From positions 1 through 34,784 of IMG/VR virus record IMGVR_UViG_3300012667_000745: a stretch of DNA of 34,784 bases; one strand, given 5' to 3'. How positions within the stretch are numbered: position 1 is the stretch's first letter; every line of letters starts with the position of its first letter. Of the stretch, positions 1 through 9,105 are shown piece after piece. Source of the DNA: a virus. Taxonomy: Duplodnaviria; Caudoviricetes. The position numbers were made by a program, and so were the translations under genes. Under the pieces are notes generated by a model, which saw only the letters and a program-made list of their open reading frames with translations, ran no database searches and was not told the DNA's origin.

Positions 1-55
1 TCACAGGGGTGTGACAAGCAACGCAAAGCCGCTTGTCACAGGGGTGTGACAAGCG
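1..55. repeat. Tandem copies (35-bp period) of the palindrome GCTTGTCACA-GGGG-TGTGACAAGC; first copy cut by the window edge
   Basis: TCACAGGGGTGTGACAAGC at 1-19 and 36-54. The full copy at 30-55 forms an 11-bp perfect stem with a GGGG loop. Confidence 0.85.
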
Positions 56-76
56 ACTAATGCAACTAACTTGCAA

Positions 77-877
77 TCATTCCGCTTCCGCTTCCGCTTC
101 CGCTTCCGCCGCAATCTTGCCAGCTAGGGCCGCAGAGATTGCGGCGGCTTCGTCCGCCGTGAAGGTAGAATCATCCTTAGCTAGAATGGCTAAGATACGC
201 TCAGCGGCAGTCTTAGGAGCGGCTTGTGATTGCGGCTTGTCGTCTTCAGCGAATGCCGCAATGACGGCGCGTGAGACGCTTTGGCGGGAAACAAGATCGG
301 TACCATTGGCAAAATCTTGGCACGATTTACGGGTGAGACCCGCGAGCTTAGCCGCTTTCACGAATTCAGCGATGGGAACGGCGGCGGCTTTCCGAACGTC
401 CGCTTCCACCTTTGCCGCGTCACTTTCTGGCGATTCAAGCAAAGCCGTTTCTACCTTTGCGTCGACAATCCGCCGCCGCTCACGCCCCACAATAGCGGCA
501 GCGCGTGAAATATTCCCGTTGCAAGCGCTTAGGATGGTTTGAATCTGCTTTGCCATACGCAAGCCGCCGCTATTGATTGCGTCGAATTCACGGGAAAGAG
601 CTTCCCCCGTCGCTGCCGCGATTGCGTCCGCCGCTGCCGCTGCCGCTTTATCCGCCGCCGCTTTATCCGCCGCCGCCGCTTTGATTGTTTCCGCTGCCGC
701 TGCCGCTTCCGCCGCTTTATCCGCTGCCGCTGCCGCCGCTTTACTGGCAACTTCCGCCGCTTTGATCGAAGCCGCTTTATCCGCTGCCGCCTTCGCTTCG
801 CTCATGGCTTGTAACCTTTCGGCATTCGCTGCCGCTCCGATTGTCTTGCTTGTCTTGCTTGTAGTCTCGTTTTTCAT
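77..877 (-). CDS. Ala/Lys-rich low-complexity protein with KAAAD repeats and an (AE)n tail
   Basis: 266-aa ORF with ATG start and an A-rich upstream region. DNA repeats GCCGCTTTATCC and (TTCCGC)n. Confidence 0.75.
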   Translation of the reverse strand: MKNETTSKTSKTIGAAANAERLQAMSEAKAAADKAASIKAAEVASKAAAAAADKAAEAAAAAETIKAAAADKAAADKAAAAAADAIAAATGEALSREFDAINSGGLRMAKQIQTILSACNGNISRAAAIVGRERRRIVDAKVETALLESPESDAAKVEADVRKAAAVPIAEFVKAAKLAGLTRKSCQDFANGTDLVSRQSVSRAVIAAFAEDDKPQSQAAPKTAAERILAILAKDDSTFTADEAAAISAALAGKIAAEAEAEAEAE

Positions 878-1236
878 GTTCTTGCTTTCTCTTTAGTTGG
901 TTTACTTTCGGCGTCATTGCCTTGCTCCTTATAGTGGGGAACACACCCCCCTTGCTTAAAGCCTAGCAAGTTGAAACCCCCTCAACTGGTCTGAAAACCC
1001 AACCAGTATCCGGAATCCGGAAGCCGGATACAGGCTACGGGTGGGGTGTTGGTTTTTGTGGTGCGCGTATATTCATATATACACCTGTAGAAAAAAATAA
1101 TTGGAATTGACGGGTGTTGCAAAAAGTGACATAGTTGCATTATTCGTGTAAGCAAATAGGCGAAAGTGTTACATTTTGGACCAAAGTGTGACATTTGGTC
1201 ACGGTTTTTAACACATTGGCAGCAAACTTTTGAATT

Positions 1237-1473
1237 ATGGATGAGCAACAGTCATACTATGAGCGCAACAAGCAGGCGCGTAGGGAATATCAGCGCGACT
1301 ATTACCTGAGAAACAGGAAGTCCATCCTGCGAAAGGCCCAATTGCGCAGTGAATTGGAGCCGGAAAAAGCGGAAAAGGCAAAAAAGTATCAGCGCAAATA
1401 CTATTTTGAGAACCGCGAAGCCATCCTTGCAGAGAAAAAGCAAAAGTATTTGAAGAAAAAGGCAGTGCCTTAG
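1237..1473 (+). CDS. Small basic protein with YY-x-x-N-[KR] repeats, like the helical DNA-binding arms of phage HNH proteins; no nuclease domain
   Basis: YYERNK, YYLRNR and YYFENR repeats; very K/R-rich. Confidence 0.65.
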   Translation: MDEQQSYYERNKQARREYQRDYYLRNRKSILRKAQLRSELEPEKAEKAKKYQRKYYFENREAILAEKKQKYLKKKAVP

Positions 1474-1780
1474 CCGCAAATAGCAAGCATTTTTCCCGTC
1501 GAACTACCCCGTAGAGGCCCATCCTTTACGGGGTTTCCTTTACCCTTTACACGTGTTCAAGCGAACGCTTCGGACACCGGATTCAGGAACCAAAACACGC
1601 GTGCCGGAAACAGGGTAAAGGTTCCAATCTAGCGGATAGACTAACAAGTGTAGGGCAATTTGCGTCATCTACAGACCCCCCGCCAGCGGAGCCCATTGAG
1701 GTAAAAGGATACCGGAATCAGGATGAAATTGACTAATCCGTTTGTAAATATGTTCCGTTATATGACGTTTTATACATCCC

Positions 1781-1880
1781 TGAAAAGTTTGAAAAGTTTC
1801 TGGAAGGGTAGTAATTCAATATAATTCAAATAATTCGAAATGTAAAAAAGTTAATGAATTAACTGAATTAAATTGAATTA
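1781..1880. repeat. AT-rich repeat array: GAAAAGTTT x2, then TAATTC[A/G] x3 facing TGAATTA x3
   Basis: TAATTCR at 1812, 1822 and 1831; TGAATTA at 1855, 1864 and 1874. Confidence 0.7.
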
Positions 1881-1974
1881 CTAAAGTATAGAAAAGTTTA
1901 TAGAGAGTGTATGGTAATTCTTTATTTTCAAAATTGATTGGACAAAACCGTTCAGGACCGTTTAGGGTCCCTGC

Positions 1975-2241
1975 ATGCCCGAAATTAAAACGACACTGCC
2001 GGACGACTTGCACGCGATTGAAAATTTTTCTGCTTACGGAATGTGCCCCGATGGGAACGTCTATCGTGTTAGGCCGCCTTCGCGTGGGGCCTATGCCGGA
2101 AAGGTCGGAGTTGTCCGTCCGGTTTGCCACCCTCGCGGCCATCGTTGGTATGTCCAACTGACCGACGACGACGGCAAGCGTCACCGTTTGCCCTTAGCCG
2201 ATTTACAACTTGACGTTCGCGGTCTTAAAACAATTTCTTGA
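1975..2241 (+). CDS. Stand-alone NUMOD4-like DNA-binding domain protein
   Basis: IENFSAYGMCPDGNVYR...WYVQLTDDDGKRH resembles the NUMOD4 pattern (I..F..Y..S..G.V...Y.V.L..DGK). No HNH follows. Confidence 0.6.
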   Translation: MPEIKTTLPDDLHAIENFSAYGMCPDGNVYRVRPPSRGAYAGKVGVVRPVCHPRGHRWYVQLTDDDGKRHRLPLADLQLDVRGLKTIS

Positions 2242-2266
2242 CCAATCCTGTATCCTGCATCAGAAT
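2238..2266 (+). promoter_or_regulatory. Sigma70-like promoter giving a probable leaderless portal mRNA
   Basis: TTGACC-17nt-CAGAAT, then 6 nt to an in-frame GTG at 2273. Confidence 0.55.
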
Positions 2267-2272
2267 CGCTTT

Positions 2273-4516
2273 GTGACGCAAAATCCGCCTGTAGTTCCAT
2301 CCGGTCTGAACGAGTTCGACCTGTTGAACCTTGATCCCAAAACGCAAACGGCCCCTGAATCCCGTTTGCGTGACGTTCGCGCTGCGAATTCGATCTACGA
2401 CACTTTGCGAAAAGCCGATGAGCGTTCTGCCAGCAACCGTGCTCGCTTCGACGCCATGTTCGACGGGGCCCCGCCATACGACCAAAAAGTTCTGTCGTCA
2501 ACGGGCCAAGGCACGCGCACCAACCTCAACTTCGGTGAGGCCCAGCGTTATCTCGACATCGCAATGTCTGCGTTCGTTGACCTCTACACGAGCCTTGAAA
2601 AGCTCATGATGGTGAAGGTCCGCATCGGGGAACCTGCCGAAAGACAGGATGCCCAAGACATCATTGCCGAAGAGCTGACGCACATGCTGCGCGACTGGCC
2701 TGAATTCCACAGCCACTTCCTGCGGCTCTGCACAGAGTTCACGAAGCACGGCGTTGCTGCGACCTACTTCGACGATCCTCGGAGCTGGCGCTTTCGCGTT
2801 TGTGGCCTATCCGATTTCCTGATTCCTCGGCAGACTGTCGCTTCGGAGGAGGCGATCGAAGTGGCTTGTTGCCGCCGCCAATACCTCTTGCACGAGCTCT
2901 ACGGCTTCATCAAGAATCCTGAAGCCGCTGCCAAATTGGGCTGGGATGTCGAGGAAGTGAAGCGCGTCATCATGCGCAATGCCCGCACGACTGGCCAGAA
3001 CGGCAACACGACCTATGCGGATTGGGAAGCTACCCAACGCGAGATGAAGGGCAACGACCTGTATACGGGCATTCAGAATACAACCGCGTCGGTTATCCAC
3101 ATGTGGATTCGTGAATTCGACGGCACGGTTTCGTTCGTCATGTTCGGAGAAGAGACGCCGAAAACCTTCATGTTCCGAAGCGATTCGATGTTCAAGAAAC
3201 CTGAACAGGCTTACATCTTGTTCAACTTCGGCGTCGGAACCAACGGCACTTACCACTCAGTGCGCGGCCTAGGCCATCGCATTTTCAACCATGTCCAGCT
3301 CAGCAATCGTTTGCGTTCGCAGATGGTTGACTCGGCCATGCTGGGCGGTGCTGTGATGATCCAGCCCGAATCACAACGGGCGCTTGAGGACATGTCCTTC
3401 ACGATGTATGGCCCGTATTCGGTGCTGTCGCCCAACGTGCGTATCGTCGAAAAGGCCAGCCCGAATTTGTCGAACACGATGCAGCCTGCCCTCAACGACA
3501 TGCAGTCGCAGCTTGCAATGAACGTGGATTTGGTCAGCACCTACGGCAATCAGAGTTCCCCTTACCGGAACAACTTGCAGACCGAACACGACCTTGCCGT
3601 GAGCAGCCGCCTGACTGGCTCCACGATCAACTTGTTCTACGCAAGCTGGAGTCGTTTGCTGCGTGAGGTCGTTCGCCGTGTGGTCAACAACATTGGCCGT
3701 GACCCCTTCGTCGCTGAGCTTGTTGCCCGTTGTGCTGAGCGCGGCGTGCCTGTCGAAATGATTAAGGCCATCGACGTGACCAAAACCGTTGCCGTGCGTG
3801 CGATCGGTGCTGGCAGTGCCGCCAACCGTTTGCTTGCCTTGCGTGAGCTCAACCAGATTTCCGGTGGCTTTGACGATACGGGCAGACGCAATTTGCTGCG
3901 TGACATCACCACTGAGCGTGTCGGACGTGATCTCGTTGACCGCTACGCTCCTGCCGCTCCGGAGCCTCGGCTCACCGTTGACGCGAAGATCGCAATGCTT
4001 GAGAACCAGTCGATGCAGTCCGGCGTTCCCGTTGCAGTGCTCGACTCCGAACTGCACGGCATGCACCTTCGGGCTCACACGCCTTTGCTGCAACAACTCC
4101 TTTCCGGCGTGCAAGAAGGCACTGTCGATCCTGTGCAAGCCCTGCCGATTACCACGATCGTTTACGAACACTTCATGGCCCACATGCAGCTCTACGCGAA
4201 CGACCCGATGGCGAAGGCTGAGGTCGCAGGCTATAAACAGCTCACACAGGTCGCTGAGGAGGTCATCACCAACACAGGCAGACAAGTCCAAGCAATGCAG
4301 CGCAAAGCCGCTACAGAGGCATCACAGGCCCAAGGCGGGCCTACTGACGGACCGACAGCCGCTGAACTCAAAATGCAGGAGCACGAGCTCAAGAGGCAGC
4401 TTGCCCAGCAGAAGGCCGAAATCGACATGCAGATCAAGCAGCGCAAGGCTGATCAGGATCTGGCCTTGAAGGACGCAGAGCGGGCGATGAAACTTTCCGG
4501 TAACGCAACAACTTAA
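2273..4516 (+). CDS. Probable portal protein
   Basis: About 750 aa, first large gene ahead of scaffold and capsid, with a Q/A-rich coiled-coil C-terminus as in podovirus portals. Start moved from TTG 2210 (inside the upstream gene) to GTG 2273. Confidence 0.7.
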   Translation: MTQNPPVVPSGLNEFDLLNLDPKTQTAPESRLRDVRAANSIYDTLRKADERSASNRARFDAMFDGAPPYDQKVLSSTGQGTRTNLNFGEAQRYLDIAMSAFVDLYTSLEKLMMVKVRIGEPAERQDAQDIIAEELTHMLRDWPEFHSHFLRLCTEFTKHGVAATYFDDPRSWRFRVCGLSDFLIPRQTVASEEAIEVACCRRQYLLHELYGFIKNPEAAAKLGWDVEEVKRVIMRNARTTGQNGNTTYADWEATQREMKGNDLYTGIQNTTASVIHMWIREFDGTVSFVMFGEETPKTFMFRSDSMFKKPEQAYILFNFGVGTNGTYHSVRGLGHRIFNHVQLSNRLRSQMVDSAMLGGAVMIQPESQRALEDMSFTMYGPYSVLSPNVRIVEKASPNLSNTMQPALNDMQSQLAMNVDLVSTYGNQSSPYRNNLQTEHDLAVSSRLTGSTINLFYASWSRLLREVVRRVVNNIGRDPFVAELVARCAERGVPVEMIKAIDVTKTVAVRAIGAGSAANRLLALRELNQISGGFDDTGRRNLLRDITTERVGRDLVDRYAPAAPEPRLTVDAKIAMLENQSMQSGVPVAVLDSELHGMHLRAHTPLLQQLLSGVQEGTVDPVQALPITTIVYEHFMAHMQLYANDPMAKAEVAGYKQLTQVAEEVITNTGRQVQAMQRKAATEASQAQGGPTDGPTAAELKMQEHELKRQLAQQKAEIDMQIKQRKADQDLALKDAERAMKLSGNATT

Positions 4517-5490
4517 TGGCTGAAGATCTTAGACCCAAAGAAGTTAAGGCGCTCCTAATTGCTGCGCGTCGTGTCCGCACCCCCGAAGAGGAACAGGAGT
4601 TTTTAGGTAAGCTGAAGGCCCAAGGCCGTAACCTTGCCCCTGAAACCAAACGCACTTCGCTTGAAGAGCTTGCGGATACCTCCGTCAAGACCGGAGCGAT
4701 GACTCCTGCTGAGGCCATTGAGCCCTACTATGGCGCGAAGCTGGCAAGGGAAATCATCCGTGCTGGCAACTACAATGAAGCAAAGCCCGTAATCGAACGG
4801 GAGGCCTACGCCAAAATGTTTGACGTAGTTAAAGCTGAACGCAGTCCCGATGAAGGCGCTTTCTACATGGAAGAGGGCCCCTTAGTCGGCTTGAAGAGCA
4901 AACGATCCGATGAAATCAGCGCGATCAACCAAGCCACCTACAACAAGTGGTTGGAGAGTGATGATCCAGAACTCCAAGCACGGGCCAAAGACTATTTCAA
5001 CACCAATGCCATTGATCCTAAACGTCCTGCATCGGGGCAGAAAGATGTGATCGAGCATGAATTTGGTCATCACGCCACTAAATCCGATCCTGAATCCAGT
5101 ATCCTGAGGACCGCAAACCGTGAGGGGTATGTGGCATCCGGAGAATTCGAGGAGTTCGGCGGCCATACGGGCTTGAAAGATGAGACGACCCAAGCCCTAT
5201 CTCGCTTGCAACGCGAAGTCTTCAAGAATACAGGCAGCCGATTGACTAATCCGAAGCAGTTCATGGCTCTAGTCGAAGCGGATGAAGTGCCTGCATATCT
5301 CAGTCAAGAAGGGCAGCGGGCTTTGAATTACGCCAAAAAGCTGCGCGGAGTCTCTATGGATTCCACGGACAAAAGTCGAAAGAAAGCAGCGGACGCAGCC
5401 CTGAAAGCATTGTCCGAAGCGGTCCCCGCCTTAGTTGTCCGCGACAAGCCCGAATCCTTTGCTGATGCAGTGAACAGAAGACTGTCTTGA
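4516..5490 (+). CDS. Hypothetical protein with an HExxH zinc-metallopeptidase motif
   Basis: VIEHEFGHH motif with a downstream acidic residue (DETTQALSR). TAATG overlap with the portal stop. Confidence 0.6.
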   Translation: MAEDLRPKEVKALLIAARRVRTPEEEQEFLGKLKAQGRNLAPETKRTSLEELADTSVKTGAMTPAEAIEPYYGAKLAREIIRAGNYNEAKPVIEREAYAKMFDVVKAERSPDEGAFYMEEGPLVGLKSKRSDEISAINQATYNKWLESDDPELQARAKDYFNTNAIDPKRPASGQKDVIEHEFGHHATKSDPESSILRTANREGYVASGEFEEFGGHTGLKDETTQALSRLQREVFKNTGSRLTNPKQFMALVEADEVPAYLSQEGQRALNYAKKLRGVSMDSTDKSRKKAADAALKALSEAVPALVVRDKPESFADAVNRRLS

Positions 5491-5504
5491 TCTTATTAAA
5501 TTGT

Positions 5505-5533
5505 TTGACAAAACAGTTTGCCCGTATTTTACT
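5505..5533 (+). promoter_or_regulatory. Sigma70-like promoter, probably leaderless
   Basis: TTGACA-17nt-TTTACT, then 5 nt to ATG 5539. Confidence 0.55.
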
Positions 5534-5538
5534 TTCCC

Positions 5539-5838
5539 ATGTTTTTTGGTAAGCCTGTCGTCCCGAAGTCTTTGGAGCATTGGTATAACGATCCTTCCGC
5601 CGTCGAACGGCTACGTGAAATCTTAAGCGACCCTATCCTGCAACAAGCATCCGCTACGCTCTTGCAGGCAGCCTTGCCCTCGCATGTGAACGTGGGTTCG
5701 GGCCCAACGAACAACGAGCGCCTTTGCTGGTTGGGCGGGTATTCCGACTTCATGCGCGACCTGCAACGGCTCACGAAGATGCCAGCTACCCGTTCAGATG
5801 TCTCTGAGTGGGAACACATTGACAACGAACTAAACTAA
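5539..5838 (+). CDS. Small head-module protein of unknown function
   Basis: 99-aa ORF (MFFGKPVV...) directly upstream of the scaffold gene. Confidence 0.65.
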   Translation: MFFGKPVVPKSLEHWYNDPSAVERLREILSDPILQQASATLLQAALPSHVNVGSGPTNNERLCWLGGYSDFMRDLQRLTKMPATRSDVSEWEHIDNELN

Positions 5839-5850
5839 ACCTTTTGCCCT

Positions 5851-6966
5851 ATGGATACCAACACACCTGCCGCTGATGCGCCAACGCCTGATACGAACGA
5901 AGGAGGCTTCATTGACAGCCTCGACTCCTATTTCAACAACCCAAATGGGCCTGATCTTACTCCTGCCGCTGATCCTGTCCCTGACCCTAAGCCTGTCGCG
6001 CCGGAAGCGGAACCGAAGGTAGCCCCAACGGAACCTGCTGACGATCTGGACTCCATCGGAGAGCCAAAGGACTGGACCCCGCAAGCTGCACGGCGCTTCA
6101 AAGAACTGAAGGCCGAACTGAAAACCTACCGCACAAAGGCAGAGGAGCTTGAATCCACTGTGACCCAACGCGAAGCTCGTTTGAAGGAACTCGAAGCTGT
6201 TGCGGACAATCCTGAATTCAAGACCCTACAGGACCGTGTAGCCGAATACGAGCAGCAAATGCTCGTCACGAAGCTCGAACAGAGCCAAGCATACCGCTCG
6301 CTTGTCGATGAGCCCTTAGGCGTTCTCGTTGGCGAAGCCGATGCCCTTGCCACCAAATACAATATCGAATCCGGTAGCCTGCTCGATGCCATTGCGGAGT
6401 CAGACGAGGCTACACAAGAAGAAGCCCTGTCCGAATTGCTCGCTTCTGCCACCGATCGGGACAAGTTTCGGGTCTACAAGATCATCGAAGAGATCAAGCC
6501 CATCCTCGAACAGCGTCGTGTGCTGCAAGAGAACGCACAGGAGGCCCTTCTGGAGGCCGAAGAGCTCGACCGCACACGAACACAGCAGCAACTCGCTGAA
6601 CGGGCCACACAGCGCCTGCAAGCGGCCACTGCGGTAGCGGACAAATTGCAGTCGAAGCTCACCTTCCTGTCCGGTATGGACGGAGTTGACCTCAAAGCGA
6701 TGGCCAAAGACGCCGCAGCCTCCGATCCTGCGTCCTTAGACGCGATTACGGGCACGTATCAGGCTATGGCAGCCAAACTTTTGCCTAAAATGGCCAACGA
6801 ATACCTGTCTTTGCAGCGGGAAATCGAGTCATTGACCGAAAGACTTGCCGAATACGACAAGGCTACCCCTCGGACCGGAGGAGGTTCCGGTAATTACGGC
6901 AGTCCCTCGGCTGCTGACGGCAGCAAATCCTTCCTTGACGCCGTATCGGCGGCCTTCGGCGGGTAA
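5851..6966 (+). CDS. Probable capsid scaffolding protein
   Basis: Acidic Pro-rich N-terminus, long coiled coil, short C-terminal helix (SFLDAVSAAFGG), immediately before the capsid gene. Confidence 0.7.
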   Translation: MDTNTPAADAPTPDTNEGGFIDSLDSYFNNPNGPDLTPAADPVPDPKPVAPEAEPKVAPTEPADDLDSIGEPKDWTPQAARRFKELKAELKTYRTKAEELESTVTQREARLKELEAVADNPEFKTLQDRVAEYEQQMLVTKLEQSQAYRSLVDEPLGVLVGEADALATKYNIESGSLLDAIAESDEATQEEALSELLASATDRDKFRVYKIIEEIKPILEQRRVLQENAQEALLEAEELDRTRTQQQLAERATQRLQAATAVADKLQSKLTFLSGMDGVDLKAMAKDAAASDPASLDAITGTYQAMAAKLLPKMANEYLSLQREIESLTERLAEYDKATPRTGGGSGNYGSPSAADGSKSFLDAVSAAFGG

Positions 6967-7001
6967 ACGCAAAAAAGTTACAAGTATCTGGCTTATTTAA
7001 T

Positions 7002-7030
7002 TTGACAGTATTGCCAATAGGCCAGATACT
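7002..7030 (+). promoter_or_regulatory. Sigma70-like promoter for the capsid gene, inside an inverted repeat
   Basis: TTGACA(7002)-17nt-GATACT(7025). AAGTATCTGGC at 6982-6992 is the reverse complement of GCCAGATACTT at 7021-7031. Confidence 0.65.
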
Positions 7031-7219
7031 TTCGGCGTCCTAGGAAGTTTCCGACGCCACGGCCCGCTTCGAGCCAGCTTTTACGAGCGAATACGATTCT
7101 ACCGGTAGAGAAAACTGACAAGGGTATTTGAAGCCAAGGCCTTTGCGCCTGTCGCCCGCTTCTGCGACACCTGCATTCCGCTTTTTATAACCTTTTCAAC
7201 CACTTAACTACCTAATTTT

Positions 7220-8581
7220 ATGGCCATTAACGCCGGACAAGCATTCAACGATCCCACCAACGATACCGCTAATACCAGTATCGACACCATCCTCACCCAA
7301 GAGGCAAACCGTATCGGTTCCGATATCCATCGCCGCACTATGCACGTGTCGCCTTGGATGGACCTTATCAAGCAAACCTCTTTCCCTGACGGCATGGGCT
7401 ACCAGCTCGGCACGATGATCTATGATCGTGCGCTTCCTGTTACCACCGCCAACGGCACTACGCTTGCTGGTTCAAGCTCGTGGATTGACGTCGGTGGTTC
7501 TGTTGCGGCTGACCCTATTGTCACCGCAAGCACTGTTGACCAGATCATCCCCGGCGCACGCGACACGATGATTGGCGCAGGCAGCAACTTGGCGAACGGT
7601 AAGTCGTTCATCCACTTTGCTCGTCAACTCAAGCAATACGCTCTGAAGCGTTCGACCGTTGAATCCCCTAAGATCAACGTGGAAGATCTTCGCTTTGCCG
7701 CTTACCGCACGGAGCAACTCCGCGCTGTGATGGATGCCCTTACCGACAGCACTCGTTGGACTTGGGAAGAGCGTTATCGTGACGAATATGACCGTCTTTG
7801 CGGTAACATCACATTCTGCCTTGCTAGTGGATCTCCTACCGTTTCTGTTGTCGATGTCTCCGCAGCTACGAAGAAGGAAGGTGTAAATACCGTCGATATT
7901 GATCTCACCAATGACTTCGTTGTTTCCGGAACCAATATCGACTACACCCCAACGGCGAATATCTCGAACAAGATTCTTGATTCGATCTACTTCCGTTTGG
8001 TTCGTTCCGGTGCGGGAACCAATGCCTACGGTCGTGAAAACGCCCGTCCTGTGTTCGGTTTGATCTGCTCTTCGGAAGCCTCCTACGCGCTGCAAACTGA
8101 AGCCGGATTCCGTGACGACGTTCGTTACAACCAGTCGAAGGTCAGCGATCTGATTGCTCCGTTGGGTGTTGAGAAGTCCTTCCGTGGCTTCTACCACTTG
8201 GTTGATGATCTTGCTCCTCGCTTTACAGTCTCGTCCGGCACGCTCACCCGCGTATACCCATACGCTGTTGACAGCACGACTAAGGCCGTTATCGTCAACC
8301 CAGCTTACGACATTGCTACCCTTGAGGCAGCTTATGTCTTGCACCAAGACGTGATGGAAAGCCAAATCCCTGAGCCTATTACTGGCTCCAACGGACTGAC
8401 CTTCGATCCCGTCAACTATCGCGGTAAGTTCTCTTGGAAGAACATCCCATCCGTAGACATCAACCCTGATGGCACGATTGGTTTCTTCCGTGGTGTTCTT
8501 GCTTCCGCCTCGAAGCCGATCAAAACCGAATTCGGTTTCGTGATCCTCTTCCAGCGGACCTCCCTCAGCCCCGCTGCCTAA
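7220..8581 (+). CDS. Major capsid protein
   Basis: 453 aa, follows the scaffold, has its own promoter, strong codon bias and a downstream 14-bp hairpin. Confidence 0.8.
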   Translation: MAINAGQAFNDPTNDTANTSIDTILTQEANRIGSDIHRRTMHVSPWMDLIKQTSFPDGMGYQLGTMIYDRALPVTTANGTTLAGSSSWIDVGGSVAADPIVTASTVDQIIPGARDTMIGAGSNLANGKSFIHFARQLKQYALKRSTVESPKINVEDLRFAAYRTEQLRAVMDALTDSTRWTWEERYRDEYDRLCGNITFCLASGSPTVSVVDVSAATKKEGVNTVDIDLTNDFVVSGTNIDYTPTANISNKILDSIYFRLVRSGAGTNAYGRENARPVFGLICSSEASYALQTEAGFRDDVRYNQSKVSDLIAPLGVEKSFRGFYHLVDDLAPRFTVSSGTLTRVYPYAVDSTTKAVIVNPAYDIATLEAAYVLHQDVMESQIPEPITGSNGLTFDPVNYRGKFSWKNIPSVDINPDGTIGFFRGVLASASKPIKTEFGFVILFQRTSLSPAA

Positions 8582-8589
8582 ACCCTAAC

Positions 8590-8623
8590 GCTAATGGGCT
8601 CCTTGTTACAGGAGCCCATTAGC
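8590..8623 (+). terminator. Stem-loop after the capsid gene (terminator or stabiliser)
   Basis: GCTAATGGGCTCCT-tgttac-AGGAGCCCATTAGC, a 14-bp perfect stem with only a weak U tail. Confidence 0.6.
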
Positions 8624-8648
8624 TTCATCCTGTAACCCTACTACTACG

Positions 8649-9044
8649 ATGCCCTCTCTGGACGATTTGCCCACTCTTGCACCTGTTTCAACTTCCGGTG
8701 ACGACCTCATTCCAGTTTACGACCTTACGGCCACTGGCTCGTCTAAGGTCCGTAAGCTCTCGCTGAACGCTGTTATGGGTATTGCCCCTACCGGTGAAAT
8801 TGCTACGGATACCGATGGCGGTTCTATTACTATCACCACTCGCGTCCAAGTCATTTCAGGATCGAATACCAGCACCCTCACACTTCCTGCCGCTAGCGGC
8901 GTGTTGCGTGAAGTCATCGTTATCAACGATGCGACAGGTCCCGCTACGATCTCGCCTAACCTTGCTGCTGGCACAGAAGCTATCGTGTCCGGTGCTTCTG
9001 CCCGCCTGCTCAGCAACGGAACTGGCTGGTATCGCGTTGGCTAA
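8649..9044 (+). CDS. Putative minor capsid or decoration protein
   Basis: 131 aa, T/G/S-rich, ending TLTLPAA...SNGTGWY, directly after the capsid gene. Confidence 0.55.
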   Translation: MPSLDDLPTLAPVSTSGDDLIPVYDLTATGSSKVRKLSLNAVMGIAPTGEIATDTDGGSITITTRVQVISGSNTSTLTLPAASGVLREVIVINDATGPATISPNLAAGTEAIVSGASARLLSNGTGWYRVG

Positions 9045-9057
9045 TCCTAAACCCTAT

Positions 9058-9084
9058 ACGGCATCCGGTATCCGGATGCCGTAA
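9058..9084. terminator. Perfect palindrome or hairpin
   Basis: TACGGCATCCGG-tat-CCGGATGCCGTA followed by a T-rich tract. Confidence 0.6.
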
Positions 9085-9105
9085 TCCCTTTTCTTAAATA
9101 CGCTT

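Noticed and set aside
1-55. CRISPR array
   Set aside because: Only two repeat copies are visible and the gap is about 11 nt, far too short for a spacer. The Cas4-like gene is an ordinary phage exonuclease.
33-896. + strand and alternate-frame Ala- or Arg/Cys-rich ORFs
   Set aside because: By-products of GCC/GCT repeats opposite the 77..877 gene.
3371-4291. Long antisense ORF (also 7472..8365, 2807..3256, 15643..16101)
   Set aside because: Shadow frames of codon-biased structural genes, with no motifs or start signals.
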